DNA of 48,877 nt, filler included, from Stramenopiles sp. TOSAG23-2 (lineage: Eukaryota), in the NCBI GenBank assembly GCA_900128395.1. It is 2 parts of 2 records of this genome, joined end to end, with 100 filler letters (N's around TTAATTAATTAA, not from the genome) between each part and the next. Parts side by side here need not be neighbours in the genome. Positions count along the whole stretch, not along the records: positions 1 to 24,408 come from LT649466.1; positions 24,509 to 48,877 come from LT649467.1. The stretch is one strand, 5' to 3'. How positions within the stretch are numbered: the stretch's first letter is position 1; each line of letters starts with the position of its first letter. The notes below the pieces were generated by a model that worked only from the letters and a program-made list of their open reading frames with translations, was not told where the DNA came from and did not search any database. Position numbers and translations under genes: made by a program. Of this stretch, positions 21,982 to 32,304 are shown piece after piece.

Positions 21982-23016
21982 TTATTTCGTACCTAATATA
22001 ATTCTTGTTTCTTCTGGTGTTGCTGGTTCACGTCCAACTTCTCTTACGATTTTTACTAAATTTTCTATTAATTGACCTGATGAATTTGCTCTTTCCCCAT
22101 TTGGTAAATAAAATGTATCTTCTAATCCAGTTCGAACATGTCCACCTAATTCAGCTGCACGGCGTAATGTTGGCCATGTTGCATCCTCTCTACCAATTGC
22201 TATAACTTGCCATTGTGTCGCTTCATTCATTTCTTCTTTTAATAATTCAATCCATTCTGGTTTACATGGCATTCCACTAGCAACACCCATCACTAAACTT
22301 AAATTAATTGGTTGTTCCATTAATCCTACAGATTCAAACATTTTGATACTACGTACAATTCCCGTATCAAAACATTCACATTCTGGTTTTATATTTAATT
22401 TACACATTGCATTTAACATAATTTCAATTTTTTCAACTGGATTTTCAAACATCAATGGTTCCCACGCCCATGTTCCTTTCCTTGTTGCTTTTAAATAATT
22501 TAAACTTCCGCTATTTAACGCTGCGATTTCAGGCATGCCAGCTTCTAAACATGATATTGGGCCATCTGTTGGGCCTAATTTACCGCCTGCAAGTGGACTT
22601 GTGCCTGTACCAATCGTACCAGTAGTGAAATTGACTAAAATATCTGGACGTGCTTCACGTATAGCATCAGAAATTGCTTTTGCATCCGCTGGTTCCCACG
22701 ATGGCAAATGTCCTTTTCCAGGTCTTTGATCACGAAAATGTATATGTACTACAGATGCACCAGCATCATATGCTTCTGATGCAGCGATTGCCATTTCTTC
22801 CGGTGTTACTGGTATATCAAATTTTGCTGGATCTGTCAATACACCGTTTAAAGCAGCAGTGACAACAACTTTATCTGATATGGTAGATGACGAAAAAGAA
22901 TTATATCCTTTAAAAGGTTTTAAATTTACAATATTTTTTTTAATTATATTTTGTTTTAATAATAATGAATTTAATTTCATTGTTTTATTTGTCATATTAT
23001 TTATTAATGATTTCAT
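21982..23016 (-). CDS. Beta-keto acid cleavage enzyme (BKACE/DUF849, Kce family) with putative mitochondrial presequence
   Basis: VVVTAALNG, PVTPEE, GASVVHIHFRD (metal HxH), LNSGSLN, PECECFD, GGHVRTGLED, REPATPEETR. Confidence 0.92.
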   Translation of the reverse strand: MKSLINNMTNKTMKLNSLLLKQNIIKKNIVNLKPFKGYNSFSSSTISDKVVVTAALNGVLTDPAKFDIPVTPEEMAIAASEAYDAGASVVHIHFRDQRPGKGHLPSWEPADAKAISDAIREARPDILVNFTTGTIGTGTSPLAGGKLGPTDGPISCLEAGMPEIAALNSGSLNYLKATRKGTWAWEPLMFENPVEKIEIMLNAMCKLNIKPECECFDTGIVRSIKMFESVGLMEQPINLSLVMGVASGMPCKPEWIELLKEEMNEATQWQVIAIGREDATWPTLRRAAELGGHVRTGLEDTFYLPNGERANSSGQLIENLVKIVREVGREPATPEETRIILGTK

Positions 23017-24408
23017 CTTTGTTTATTATTGTTGTTGTTGTATTATATTGTTACATATACAAGATCTTTTTTTTGATTAATATTCCCTTTTGTGTGTGCA
23101 CCTCCTTTTGTGTATCTTTTTTTCTGAAATATATGGATATATATTAATACCTGGTATAATACATATCTGGTATAGCTTATAATATTATAAGCAGAGAGGA
23201 GGCGGCACATTGTTATTATTTAAGGTGAAATGGATGATTGCAGATTTTTTTTGTTAATTTTAATTTGTGCATTTATAAAAACAACAATAAACATTTTTTA
23301 TTTTTGCAATGGTCACAAGGTTGGCATATACCACAATTACATTCTCGAAAATCCAAATGCAGAACTTGTTGCTATCATGCCGGGCATGCAACAAAGTGAA
23401 CAACCTACTGCGGCTGCGTTTCTAAATTTTTAACGTTGAAAACAAAAACACAACTCAAAAGAAGAAAATACAAAAGGAATCCTATATTTTATATAGCTCA
23501 TCAGCGATTGAAATTATTCAAACAGATTATTCAACAGATGTTGCAACGATAAATATTTTTATAATACCTCCCTTCGCCTGCTATATTATTATAAATTGTT
23601 GAATCGATTTAGTCTAAAATGCGATGAAACTTTTTTATGACTATATCTCTCCACATCTCATAATATATATATACATATGTGATGTGTCTCGGATTCCCCA
23701 TTTAATTTATGAATTATGAAGAACGAATCGTGGCGCCTCGTCCCCTCCTTAATAGCTGATAAAATTTTTGGTATACTTAAACACTATATTGCCTATCAAA
23801 CAAATTAATCGGGTTTTCACAAGTTTTCAATATTATTATTATGGTAATAAATTATACCTTAACCTGATTATCTTTGAAAAGTCTAAGACCTAGATCAAAA
23901 CGAAGCCTAGATTGTGTCCTTTGTGAATCATAGATCACATAGACGTTATTTATTTATTTATAATATATTATATACTACTAGGGGGGAGTACTGTACTCTG
24001 GTCCAGAACGCCAACATCCATTATGAATAGTGTTATTTTTTTCATATTTTGACACTTTTTCCACTATTTTAAATAGGATCTTACACTTGGCAGTCTACAG
24101 AGCATTTTTTGTAAAAAATTCTACATTTTTGCACCTTTTTATGGATATTTTTATGTTGATAAATATGTAAATTGATATTTCAGGAATATAGATAAATGAT
24201 TTCATTGTAAATTTAATAGAAAAAGGATAATATTTTCATCGTGTTGTTTTTTATTGAGAATGCGAATAGTATGGGAATAGCATTGAACACTAATAGAAAC
24301 TTTTACATATCTATTTTATTGACAAAGAATGTCAGTATTTATATTTATTGATATATATATATAGATATGAAAATTTTAAATGTAGATTTATACACACAGA
24401 CTTTATTA

Positions 24409-24508
24409 NNNNNNNNNNNNNNNNNNNNNNNNNNNNNNNNNNNNNNNNNNNNTTAATTAATTAANNNNNNNNNNNNNNNNNNNNNNNNNNNNNNNNNNNN
24501 NNNNNNNN
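24409..24508. other. Artificial contig-joining spacer N44-TTAATTAATTAA-N44
   Basis: Exactly 100 bp and symmetric. The central 12-mer (24453-24464) gives stop codons in all six frames. Confidence 0.95.
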
Positions 24509-25014
24509 CATAATATTTATCTGCAAGTTCCAAGCTAGTTGTAACAGGAAGATGTTTTGACATGGTGTTCGTGTTATAGTCGATATTAAATTAAGGATTT
24601 AGATTAATCTCTGGTATTTTGTTGGTATGCATGCGTATCCTAGTACAGTATACTAATTATATTGATAAAATTAAAATTCACGAATTAGAATGTTAGTTAT
24701 TTTTATAATTTATACATTATTAGGCCAGAAGGCGTAGAGTACCAGGTACACTCGAAAAAAACCTTATATTGAAGTTGCAAAAGAGAACTTTAAAAAAATT
24801 ATATTTAATTTTTCTTTTATTTACCACTGGGACCACAGGAAGTACAGTACAATTATGTTACATCAACTAAAAATAAAATAAAATAATCTATCAGATTACT
24901 ATATTATATCAACTTTTTAGAAGTAAAAATTATCTACTCGTATTAAAACTTTTTAAATTCATCATAATCATACAGTGTTACATATACGATATGATACTGT
25001 CACACATCATATTT

Positions 25015-28000
25015 TCACAAAACTTCACTTCCATCACTTGTTAATGAATCAAGTTCATTTATGATTACTTCATAATTACAACGATTTGCTGTATTACTAG
25101 AATCACATGAATATTTGATAAATCTATTACAAGCTGAATTGCCATTGTTTCCTAATTCCTCTGCATCACCTACAACATCACGTCTGCAAGGTTTCCTGCA
25201 TTTACAAAAATGCAATACATTAATGGTATCCCATAATGGAATTCCACTGGTACTGCAAGTATTTGTATTGTGACGATTTAACCCATAAAATCTACCTACT
25301 AATGGGTTCACTTGGATCCTATAATTTGGCAAGCCATCTTTGATGGCTAATGAATCAAGTCCAATTGCACGCGATAATGCAACATATGCCTGTCCATCTG
25401 AAAAAGTTTTTCTTAAAGATACGGATACATAATCTAACGTTAAACCTTGACTTTTATGTATTGTAATTCCCCATGCTAATGCCAATGGTATTTGAGTTCT
25501 AGTCACAACACCTACATGATTCACTTCATATTCAATATTTTGTGGCTCAATAACAGTTGGTCTCTTTAATCTATTTTTAAATCTGCATATTGGTAAATCA
25601 GAGCTGCTGTCGTTTCGCCCGTTATTAAACGTTTTAATGTTTTCAATGCTTTGTTTATATTTGTTGATTCTTTTCAATGCCATTTCAACTGGCCTGTCAT
25701 TACCAAATTCTTTTTCCAATGTAATAAATGCTTGATTTCGTTCTTTCAATAATTGTATCTGCCGCATTTCTGATTCGCTATTTATCTTTGAAATATCATT
25801 TTTAATTTCCGATGTTTTCGAAATAAGACTCATTTTATTAAATGTAGCTTCCACAATGTCGCAATTATTTTCATTTTCATTATTATTATTATGTGTTTTA
25901 ATATTATTGTTGTTGTTGGTAGTAGTAGTAGTAGTAGTAGTATTAATAGTAGTAGTAGTACTGTTTCCATTAGCATTGCTATAATCCTGGATGATCGCAT
26001 AATAATAATTATTATTATTATTATTAACATTATTACTAAATCCACCATGGTCTATAACAATTTGTAAAAGGTTTTCCAAAGCATCTACTTTTCCTTGCAA
26101 ATATGCAAGATGTGCATCGCGTTTCTTAAAACCGATAACAACGCCACGGCTTCCATTGACTAATCCATCTTTCACATTTAAATTCCATAGCAACATAACT
26201 TGTGCGTTTTTTTTCAATAGCAGTTTTGTTCTGAATTTATTTTTTTCTATGAAATTCTTTGATTTATTTCTCAAAAGTTTATTTAATGAAAGTACACCAT
26301 TTTTATACTGATGATTGTTAATGTCGTTGCGATATTTTTGCTTTAATTTATTCACTCGTTTTTCATCTAGTACGTATTTATCAATCGCTGCATATTCACA
26401 TGGCATCAGTGGCGGGATTAAATCTAGCTGTTTATTATTTTCTTTATCTTTGTCCCAATTAGTACAAAATAATTCTGTCGCCTTAATGATATGCCCACCT
26501 TGAACTACAATATCTGGCAACGATTTTGGTATTCTATTTACAACGTTTTGTTCATCTGGTGTCATTTTTTCACCTTTTCTAATTCGATTTAAAATTGCAA
26601 TAAAGTCTTTATCTTTTTGACGAAACACTTCAGTTAGCTCACAGAAGAAAATTTTGGACTTTTCAAAGCAATACGATTGAAACGCATACCCTCGTCCTCC
26701 ATACAAGGTATCAGCAATTTGTGCCTTTTCAGTATCATCGTCGTCTTCACCATCATCATCACCATTCATTTCTAATAATGTATTTAAATATGCTTGTGTT
26801 ACTTGATCATTCATTAAATTGTTTTGAATAGGTGGCAATTGATAGAAATCTCCAACAAAAATCACTTGCATGCCATCAAAAGGTTTTAATGTGCTTAAAA
26901 AATTTGTTTGATCCCATCTTGATAACAACAATTCCTTATCAATCGTAACGCGTTGGTCTATTGCACCTGCACGTTTAAGTTCTTCATATTGCCTTACAAG
27001 TGTTATTGATAATTCATAGAAATCTAATAATTCACCACTAACCATACTAATTTCATCAATTATTAAGACCTCAGCAGCACGGATTCGTTCTTTTGCATCA
27101 TTTCCCCATACTTTACCAAAGTCTTTATAAAATCTAGGTACACCAATACCTGCCCATCTATGCATTGTTTCGCCATTTACATTCAATGCTGCTATACCAG
27201 TTGGTGCTAGCACTACAGGATCTTTTAGCATCACGTTTTTGAAATATTTTACGGTTTCACGAATTAATAAACTTTTACCAACACCACCACTTCCAGTTAT
27301 AAAGACATTTTTTCCTAGTTTAATTAAATCAAATGCATCGCTTTGTTCTTTACTAAAGTTCATTTCATTAATTTCCATTTCTTGAAATTGTTTTTCAAGT
27401 AATGATACACTCAAAGAATCTTGCCCATCGCCGTCGCTTGTGTTCAAAAAACTACTATCGTTAATGCTACTTTTTGTAGTGCTACTTTGAAAATAGGAGG
27501 GTGTATTGGAAATGTTGGAAATTGGTGATAATGGTGTTAAACACATACGTTTTGGTGATGATGTATCCGAATCATTCCAAAAACTGCTACTATTGTCACT
27601 TGACGAAACAGATGAATTGTCTGGGTCATACATTCCCCTCACTTTACGTTTATTTGTTGTATTCATAATTTCATTTTTTATAGTATTTCGTACACTTTCC
27701 GGCAAAGATAAGGAATCAATATCATCACATGTTTTCCGATATAACAGATCCTCCAAAGTTATAATATTATGTTCTAAAAAGATTTTAGCACATTGATTTT
27801 GCATGTTCAGATTTACATTTATAGATACCCATTCATCTAATGGTGCACTGATTGTAGTTGGTTTAAAAAATGTATTTGGTACTTCTGGTGGAAATTGCAA
27901 AAAATTATTATTATTGTTATTATTATTATTATTGTTGTTGAAATCTTTAAAAGACGTTTGATTATTATTGTTGAAATCTTTAAAAGATCCTTGATTATTA

Positions 28001-28029
28001 TTTAAATTATTATTATTTGAAAACATCAT
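25015..28029 (-). CDS. PIF1: Pif1-family SF1B DNA helicase with N-terminal SAM-like and C-terminal GRF-like Zn-finger regions
   Basis: FITGSGGVGKS, APTGIAA, IIDEISM, GDFYQLPP, LTEVFRQKD, LVNGSRG, ITIHKSQGLTL, QAYVALSRA. First in-frame ATG is at 28029; the ORF track starts at TTG 28035. Confidence 0.92.
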   Translation of the reverse strand: MMFSNNNNLNNNQGSFKDFNNNNQTSFKDFNNNNNNNNNNNNFLQFPPEVPNTFFKPTTISAPLDEWVSINVNLNMQNQCAKIFLEHNIITLEDLLYRKTCDDIDSLSLPESVRNTIKNEIMNTTNKRKVRGMYDPDNSSVSSSDNSSSFWNDSDTSSPKRMCLTPLSPISNISNTPSYFQSSTTKSSINDSSFLNTSDGDGQDSLSVSLLEKQFQEMEINEMNFSKEQSDAFDLIKLGKNVFITGSGGVGKSLLIRETVKYFKNVMLKDPVVLAPTGIAALNVNGETMHRWAGIGVPRFYKDFGKVWGNDAKERIRAAEVLIIDEISMVSGELLDFYELSITLVRQYEELKRAGAIDQRVTIDKELLLSRWDQTNFLSTLKPFDGMQVIFVGDFYQLPPIQNNLMNDQVTQAYLNTLLEMNGDDDGEDDDDTEKAQIADTLYGGRGYAFQSYCFEKSKIFFCELTEVFRQKDKDFIAILNRIRKGEKMTPDEQNVVNRIPKSLPDIVVQGGHIIKATELFCTNWDKDKENNKQLDLIPPLMPCEYAAIDKYVLDEKRVNKLKQKYRNDINNHQYKNGVLSLNKLLRNKSKNFIEKNKFRTKLLLKKNAQVMLLWNLNVKDGLVNGSRGVVIGFKKRDAHLAYLQGKVDALENLLQIVIDHGGFSNNVNNNNNNYYYAIIQDYSNANGNSTTTTINTTTTTTTTNNNNNIKTHNNNNENENNCDIVEATFNKMSLISKTSEIKNDISKINSESEMRQIQLLKERNQAFITLEKEFGNDRPVEMALKRINKYKQSIENIKTFNNGRNDSSSDLPICRFKNRLKRPTVIEPQNIEYEVNHVGVVTRTQIPLALAWGITIHKSQGLTLDYVSVSLRKTFSDGQAYVALSRAIGLDSLAIKDGLPNYRIQVNPLVGRFYGLNRHNTNTCSTSGIPLWDTINVLHFCKCRKPCRRDVVGDAEELGNNGNSACNRFIKYSCDSSNTANRCNYEVIINELDSLTSDGSEVL

Positions 28030-28086
28030 CTTCAATACTTTTATTATTGTATTTAGGATGGGGGATGATACGAAGACACTGTAAAC

Positions 28087-28208
28087 GAATGCACTGTCAA
28101 AGAGTACAATAATAAATGAATCTTATACAAGTGTAATATATATATATGAATGCACTGTCGAAGAGTATAATAATAAATGAATCTTATACAAGTATAATAT
28201 ATATATAT
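28087..28208. repeat. Two-copy 61-bp tandem duplication upstream of PIF1
   Basis: 28087-28147 and 28148-28208, GAATGCACTGTCRAAGAGTAYAATAATAAATGAATCTTATACAAGTRTAATATATATATAT, 3 mismatches. Confidence 0.92.
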
Positions 28209-28923
28209 GTATGAAACTAATATGGGAATGTTTACTATTACTTATAAATGTACATTATACTTGTATATTTTTGTCCCATTATATTTTTTTATTTTTTTTG
28301 TAGAAGAAATGTGCAAACCAGCAAATAATAATATAATAGTATTTTTTTTTTTTGTGTTGTGCATGCATGATGGCGCCGCGTTTCGTTCGTGATGGGCTCA
28401 TTTTTGATCGAGGTGCCGAGTCGAGTGCCTGGAGTGCTGGCCCAGTCAGCCATCCCAGCCAGGAGTAATGGCAAATTGGTGCATATTAATATGGTACTGC
28501 AGATTTTGCATTGTAAAGTATCCTCCTCACTCTGAAGATGAAGATGCTGAACCTCTTATAAACCGTCGCCGTTTTAGTTTCAATATATTTAACACTATTT
28601 ACCATTAGAAACAACCACCTCATCAATCAAAATTTTTTTTGAATATTTGGATTAGCACTTACACTTAATACCATTGTATACTAATACACTTTGCAAGATG
28701 GTGAGCCTTGTGATGTCCATATTATATTCTTTTTTAACAATCAGTGTGTTTATTCTAGATTTATGTTTTATTTCATTTGAAAGTGCATTAAAATTTACAT
28801 TTTGTGAAAGAAAGAAGGAAAAAAAACAGTCGTACAGATTATTTATTATTATTGCTATTCCAGATTTTTAATTATTTATCTATATTTTATAAGAATTTAT
28901 TTAATTAGAACAAATACAAAACT

Positions 28924-31260
28924 ATGTGGCCATTATCTAAAAATGCCCCAAAAACATATACACCAAATAAAGGTCAAAAAAAATCAACTGTACAAGCTAT
29001 TGAAGAGTTAAGACGGAATCGAGAGGAAAGGAGACGTAGTGCAGAAGTCTATAAAAAAAATCGAGCTGCTGATAAATTGCGTTTTGAAAGAAAAGGTGAG
29101 CCTGGTGATGTTGACTTTCAACGTATGATTGAAAAATTTCGAAAAGAATGTAAAATCAAAAAACGTTCACATCGTATAAAGGAAGATATAATGAAAGTTT
29201 GTATTCGTAAACGTCCCATCATACCACGTGAAACGAGAATGAAAGATTGGGATACTGTTACCGGATTGAACCCGCTGTGCATTATTCACAAATCTAGTAA
29301 AAAAGTATGCGGTATTACGAAGTATTTAGATAATACTGAATTTAGTTTTGATCATGTTTTTGATGAAAAAGAAGATAATGCTCTTGTTTATAAAGTCACA
29401 ACACAGCCATTGATTAAACATGTATTTTCAAAAGGTGGCAATGCGACAGTCTTTGCGTATGGTCAAACTGGTAGTGGGAAAACGTATACCATGGTTGCAA
29501 TGCAAAATCGCGCAGCTGAAGAAATTTTTCAAAATTTACAACAAGAGGGTAATTTAGGTAATACGAAAATTATATGCACTTTTTTTGAAATTTATGGTGG
29601 TCGTTGTATTGATTTATTGAACAGACGGAAAAAATTAACTATTCGTGAAGATGGAAAAGGTAACGTAGTGGTTGGTGGATTGTGTGAGGAGCAAGTCACG
29701 ACGAAAGAAGAATTGTTGGAATGCATTGCACGGGGCAACAGCTCGCGCGCAACGCATGCGACGGAAATGAATGCTGTATCATCACGGTCCCATGCGATAT
29801 GCCGCATCGCTGTACGTTTCCCTGATAGGCGTGGAAATGGTATGTTTTCATTGATTGATTTAGCTGGTAGTGAACGTGGTCAAGATACAAAAAATCACAA
29901 TCGTCAACGTCGTGTTGAAGGTGCTGAAATTAACAAATCATTATTAGCATTGAAAGAATGTATTCGTGCCATGCGTGCAAAACGTCGTTTGCATATTCCA
30001 TATCGTGCATCAAAATTGACATTGGTTTTGAAAGAATCTTTTTCACCACAATCACGCACTACGATGATTTGCAACATCGCACCTACGGCATCGAGTACGG
30101 AACATACGTTAAATACCTTGCGTTATGCAAATAGGGTGAAGGAAAAAGAAGTTGTGCATTATTTTGAAGGTACGATGGCACCAGGTGGTGGTATGGATGA
30201 GAACAATAAAGGGCAAAATATCAAACACAACGTTGGTGCACATGCTAATAATAGTTTTGGTGATGTATTAGAGGAAGACGATTCAGATGATACCATTGGT
30301 GAATCGATGCTGTCACCACCATTGAGTCCAACTGCAAGGCGATTGCATAAAGCAAATGTATTAGCACGTGAAGGTAAAATATCTGAGCATGAAAAGATCA
30401 AAATGAAAGAAGATGTCATACGAAAGGCAAAGAGCAAAAATGCTGTCAACCATGTACGCGCGCCAACGTCTACCAATAATAGGCGCTCTCCACGTGTAAA
30501 ATTGCCGCCAACAGGAAGTAACAACAAAAATAATAGAATGGGAAGGCATCAACAACAAAACAAGTATGAAGGTAAAATGGATGATAACGTAGCAGTAAAC
30601 GGGCGAAACCCTCGTTCCAATGATCGAAATAACAACAATCGAAATCGTCGCCATGCTTCACCACCTGGTCAAAAAGAAGAAACGAAAAAACCATCTGGCC
30701 CAAATCATCCCAGAGGAAACAATAGTAAGAGAAGAATTATTACCCATAGTTCTGAAAATTCTCCGTTAATACGAGGAAGTGGTAGTAACAATAGCAACCA
30801 ACGTCACAGCAACAGTAAATTGAAAAAACCGAATAATAGCCATCAAAAGAAAATTAAAAAAACAAAAGCCACTGCTAAAGTGAAAGAACGTGAGGATTTA
30901 CAAATTTTACATCGTTCATTACGTGCACAAGGGGAAGGTGAATCCAGTTCACATTTAGAAGATTTGCATGAAGCAATCAGCCAATTAGTCGATGAGGAAG
31001 AAAATTTATTGCAGCTTCACATGGATACGATACAAGAAAATGCACAGTTACTTACGGAGGAAGGCAATTTGCTTGCCAAAGTACAAGGTGAAGATGTCGT
31101 AGATTACGATATTGATGTATATGCAGAAAGATTAGATAATATTTTAGAGAGGAAAATTAAAATGTACACGGAACTGCAAAAGAATTTGAAAACATTCCGC
31201 TCACATTTGGCAGAGGAGGAAACGTTGAGCGCTGCATATGATCAGCAACAAAATATTTAA
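28924..31260 (+). CDS. Kinesin-13 (internal-motor, microtubule depolymerase family)
   Basis: Neck DVDFQRMIEKFR, KVCIRKRP, FAYGQTGSGKT, SSRSHA, DLAGSER, LKECIRA, HTLNTLRYA, and C-terminal coiled coil. Confidence 0.93.
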   Translation: MWPLSKNAPKTYTPNKGQKKSTVQAIEELRRNREERRRSAEVYKKNRAADKLRFERKGEPGDVDFQRMIEKFRKECKIKKRSHRIKEDIMKVCIRKRPIIPRETRMKDWDTVTGLNPLCIIHKSSKKVCGITKYLDNTEFSFDHVFDEKEDNALVYKVTTQPLIKHVFSKGGNATVFAYGQTGSGKTYTMVAMQNRAAEEIFQNLQQEGNLGNTKIICTFFEIYGGRCIDLLNRRKKLTIREDGKGNVVVGGLCEEQVTTKEELLECIARGNSSRATHATEMNAVSSRSHAICRIAVRFPDRRGNGMFSLIDLAGSERGQDTKNHNRQRRVEGAEINKSLLALKECIRAMRAKRRLHIPYRASKLTLVLKESFSPQSRTTMICNIAPTASSTEHTLNTLRYANRVKEKEVVHYFEGTMAPGGGMDENNKGQNIKHNVGAHANNSFGDVLEEDDSDDTIGESMLSPPLSPTARRLHKANVLAREGKISEHEKIKMKEDVIRKAKSKNAVNHVRAPTSTNNRRSPRVKLPPTGSNNKNNRMGRHQQQNKYEGKMDDNVAVNGRNPRSNDRNNNNRNRRHASPPGQKEETKKPSGPNHPRGNNSKRRIITHSSENSPLIRGSGSNNSNQRHSNSKLKKPNNSHQKKIKKTKATAKVKEREDLQILHRSLRAQGEGESSSHLEDLHEAISQLVDEEENLLQLHMDTIQENAQLLTEEGNLLAKVQGEDVVDYDIDVYAERLDNILERKIKMYTELQKNLKTFRSHLAEEETLSAAYDQQQNI

Positions 31261-31646
31261 AAAAACGTAATTTTTTTTATACGAAGTTCGTGAATTTTTA
31301 TTATTTATATTTGTGTAGCGTATACTATTACATGTACAGTAACTACGAGTAGTAGTATGGCACTACAGTATCTTTTTACAGCGTGTACGAGGTACATGTA
31401 CGAATATTTATTTAGTACTTACGTCGTAGTACAGTACTCTCTAGTACGGTAATTCCCGTATTGCGTTTTATACAAATAGCTCTAGCAGTTGCTCTCTATA
31501 CTGTACTCGTATGTACTGTACCATTTGTTTGCACGTTCGTTATTCGTCGAAGCAAATTCGTATTATTACAGTTCAGTGTATATTAAAATATATTTTTGCG
31601 TTTTATATATATATACAAATGTGTACCATACATTTAAAACAAACAG

Positions 31647-32009
31647 ATGAATTCCAAAAATACACCAAAAAGTATAATGGATAACATGATGAAAAACAAA
31701 TATATCTTCTTCTTCTATATTATAATACTTATTATAAGTAGTACTAAGCTTGTCACATATGGAAATAATCTCGGATTTGGTTATAGTGATTATGGGTGCA
31801 CATTGTCTGTTGATAGAAAATTGTATTGTAATAGGAAAGGTTTAAAAGGTCTAATCTACATTAATGACTTACCTGAGGATTTAGAACATTTATATTTAAA
31901 TGATAATAATATAACATGCTATTTTGATCTGTTGGAGTTTATAACATTTTCCAAGTTTTTATTGCCAACGTTTATATATTTGATCAAATGGTATCACCAT
32001 TGTAATTAG
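31647..32009 (+). pseudogene. Truncated secreted leucine-rich-repeat protein relic
   Basis: Hydrophobic signal-like segment, LRRNT-like cap (C..LYCNRKGL..LPEDLEHLYLNDNNIT), then loss of pattern. A second LRR-like trace (QRLYI*SNGIT) lies in another frame near 31966-31998. Confidence 0.55.
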
Positions 32010-32201
32010 TAGATTTATGAACTAAGAATTTATAGATATAGCTGCATGCACATGCATTTTACATACTACTTCCATCACTCTTTTTTTTATACTTAAATGA
32101 AAAAAACAATACAAACAATCCAACGGAATCAATAATCATTTGTCATAATAATTTCTACTTATGCTGCCGAGCTGTAACGTTATTTTAACACGGTACAGCA
32201 C

Positions 32202-32304
32202 ATGTTAGCCAGGTTAGAGCTAGCTAGCTAGCTCTAGCCTGGCTAGCCAGCCTGGCTAGCTAGCCCTACCATAGGTGGTAAGGCTAGCTCTAGCTGGTTA
32301 GCAT
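32202..32304. repeat. Nested palindromic (AGCT/CTAG-rich) element
   Basis: 40-bp palindrome with one mismatch at 32206-32245, a second hairpin GCTAGCC-CTACCA-TAGG-TGGTAA-GGCTAGC, and imperfect terminal inverted repeats. Confidence 0.85.

Noticed and set aside
11536-23016. Bacterial contamination explaining cysK and DUF849
   Set aside because: Both are flanked by clearly eukaryotic genes, share host composition and have presequence-like extensions; no operon structure.
23230-23600. Small ORF 23230-23433 with a possible frameshifted continuation
   Set aside because: Short, 5' part is low-complexity AT-rich sequence, and no recognisable family; may be a relic but unsupported.
25015-28029. Helitron transposon (Pif1 helicase near a contig end)
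   Set aside because: No HUH Rep motifs upstream of the helicase and no convincing TC...hairpin-CTRR termini; reads as a cellular Pif1.
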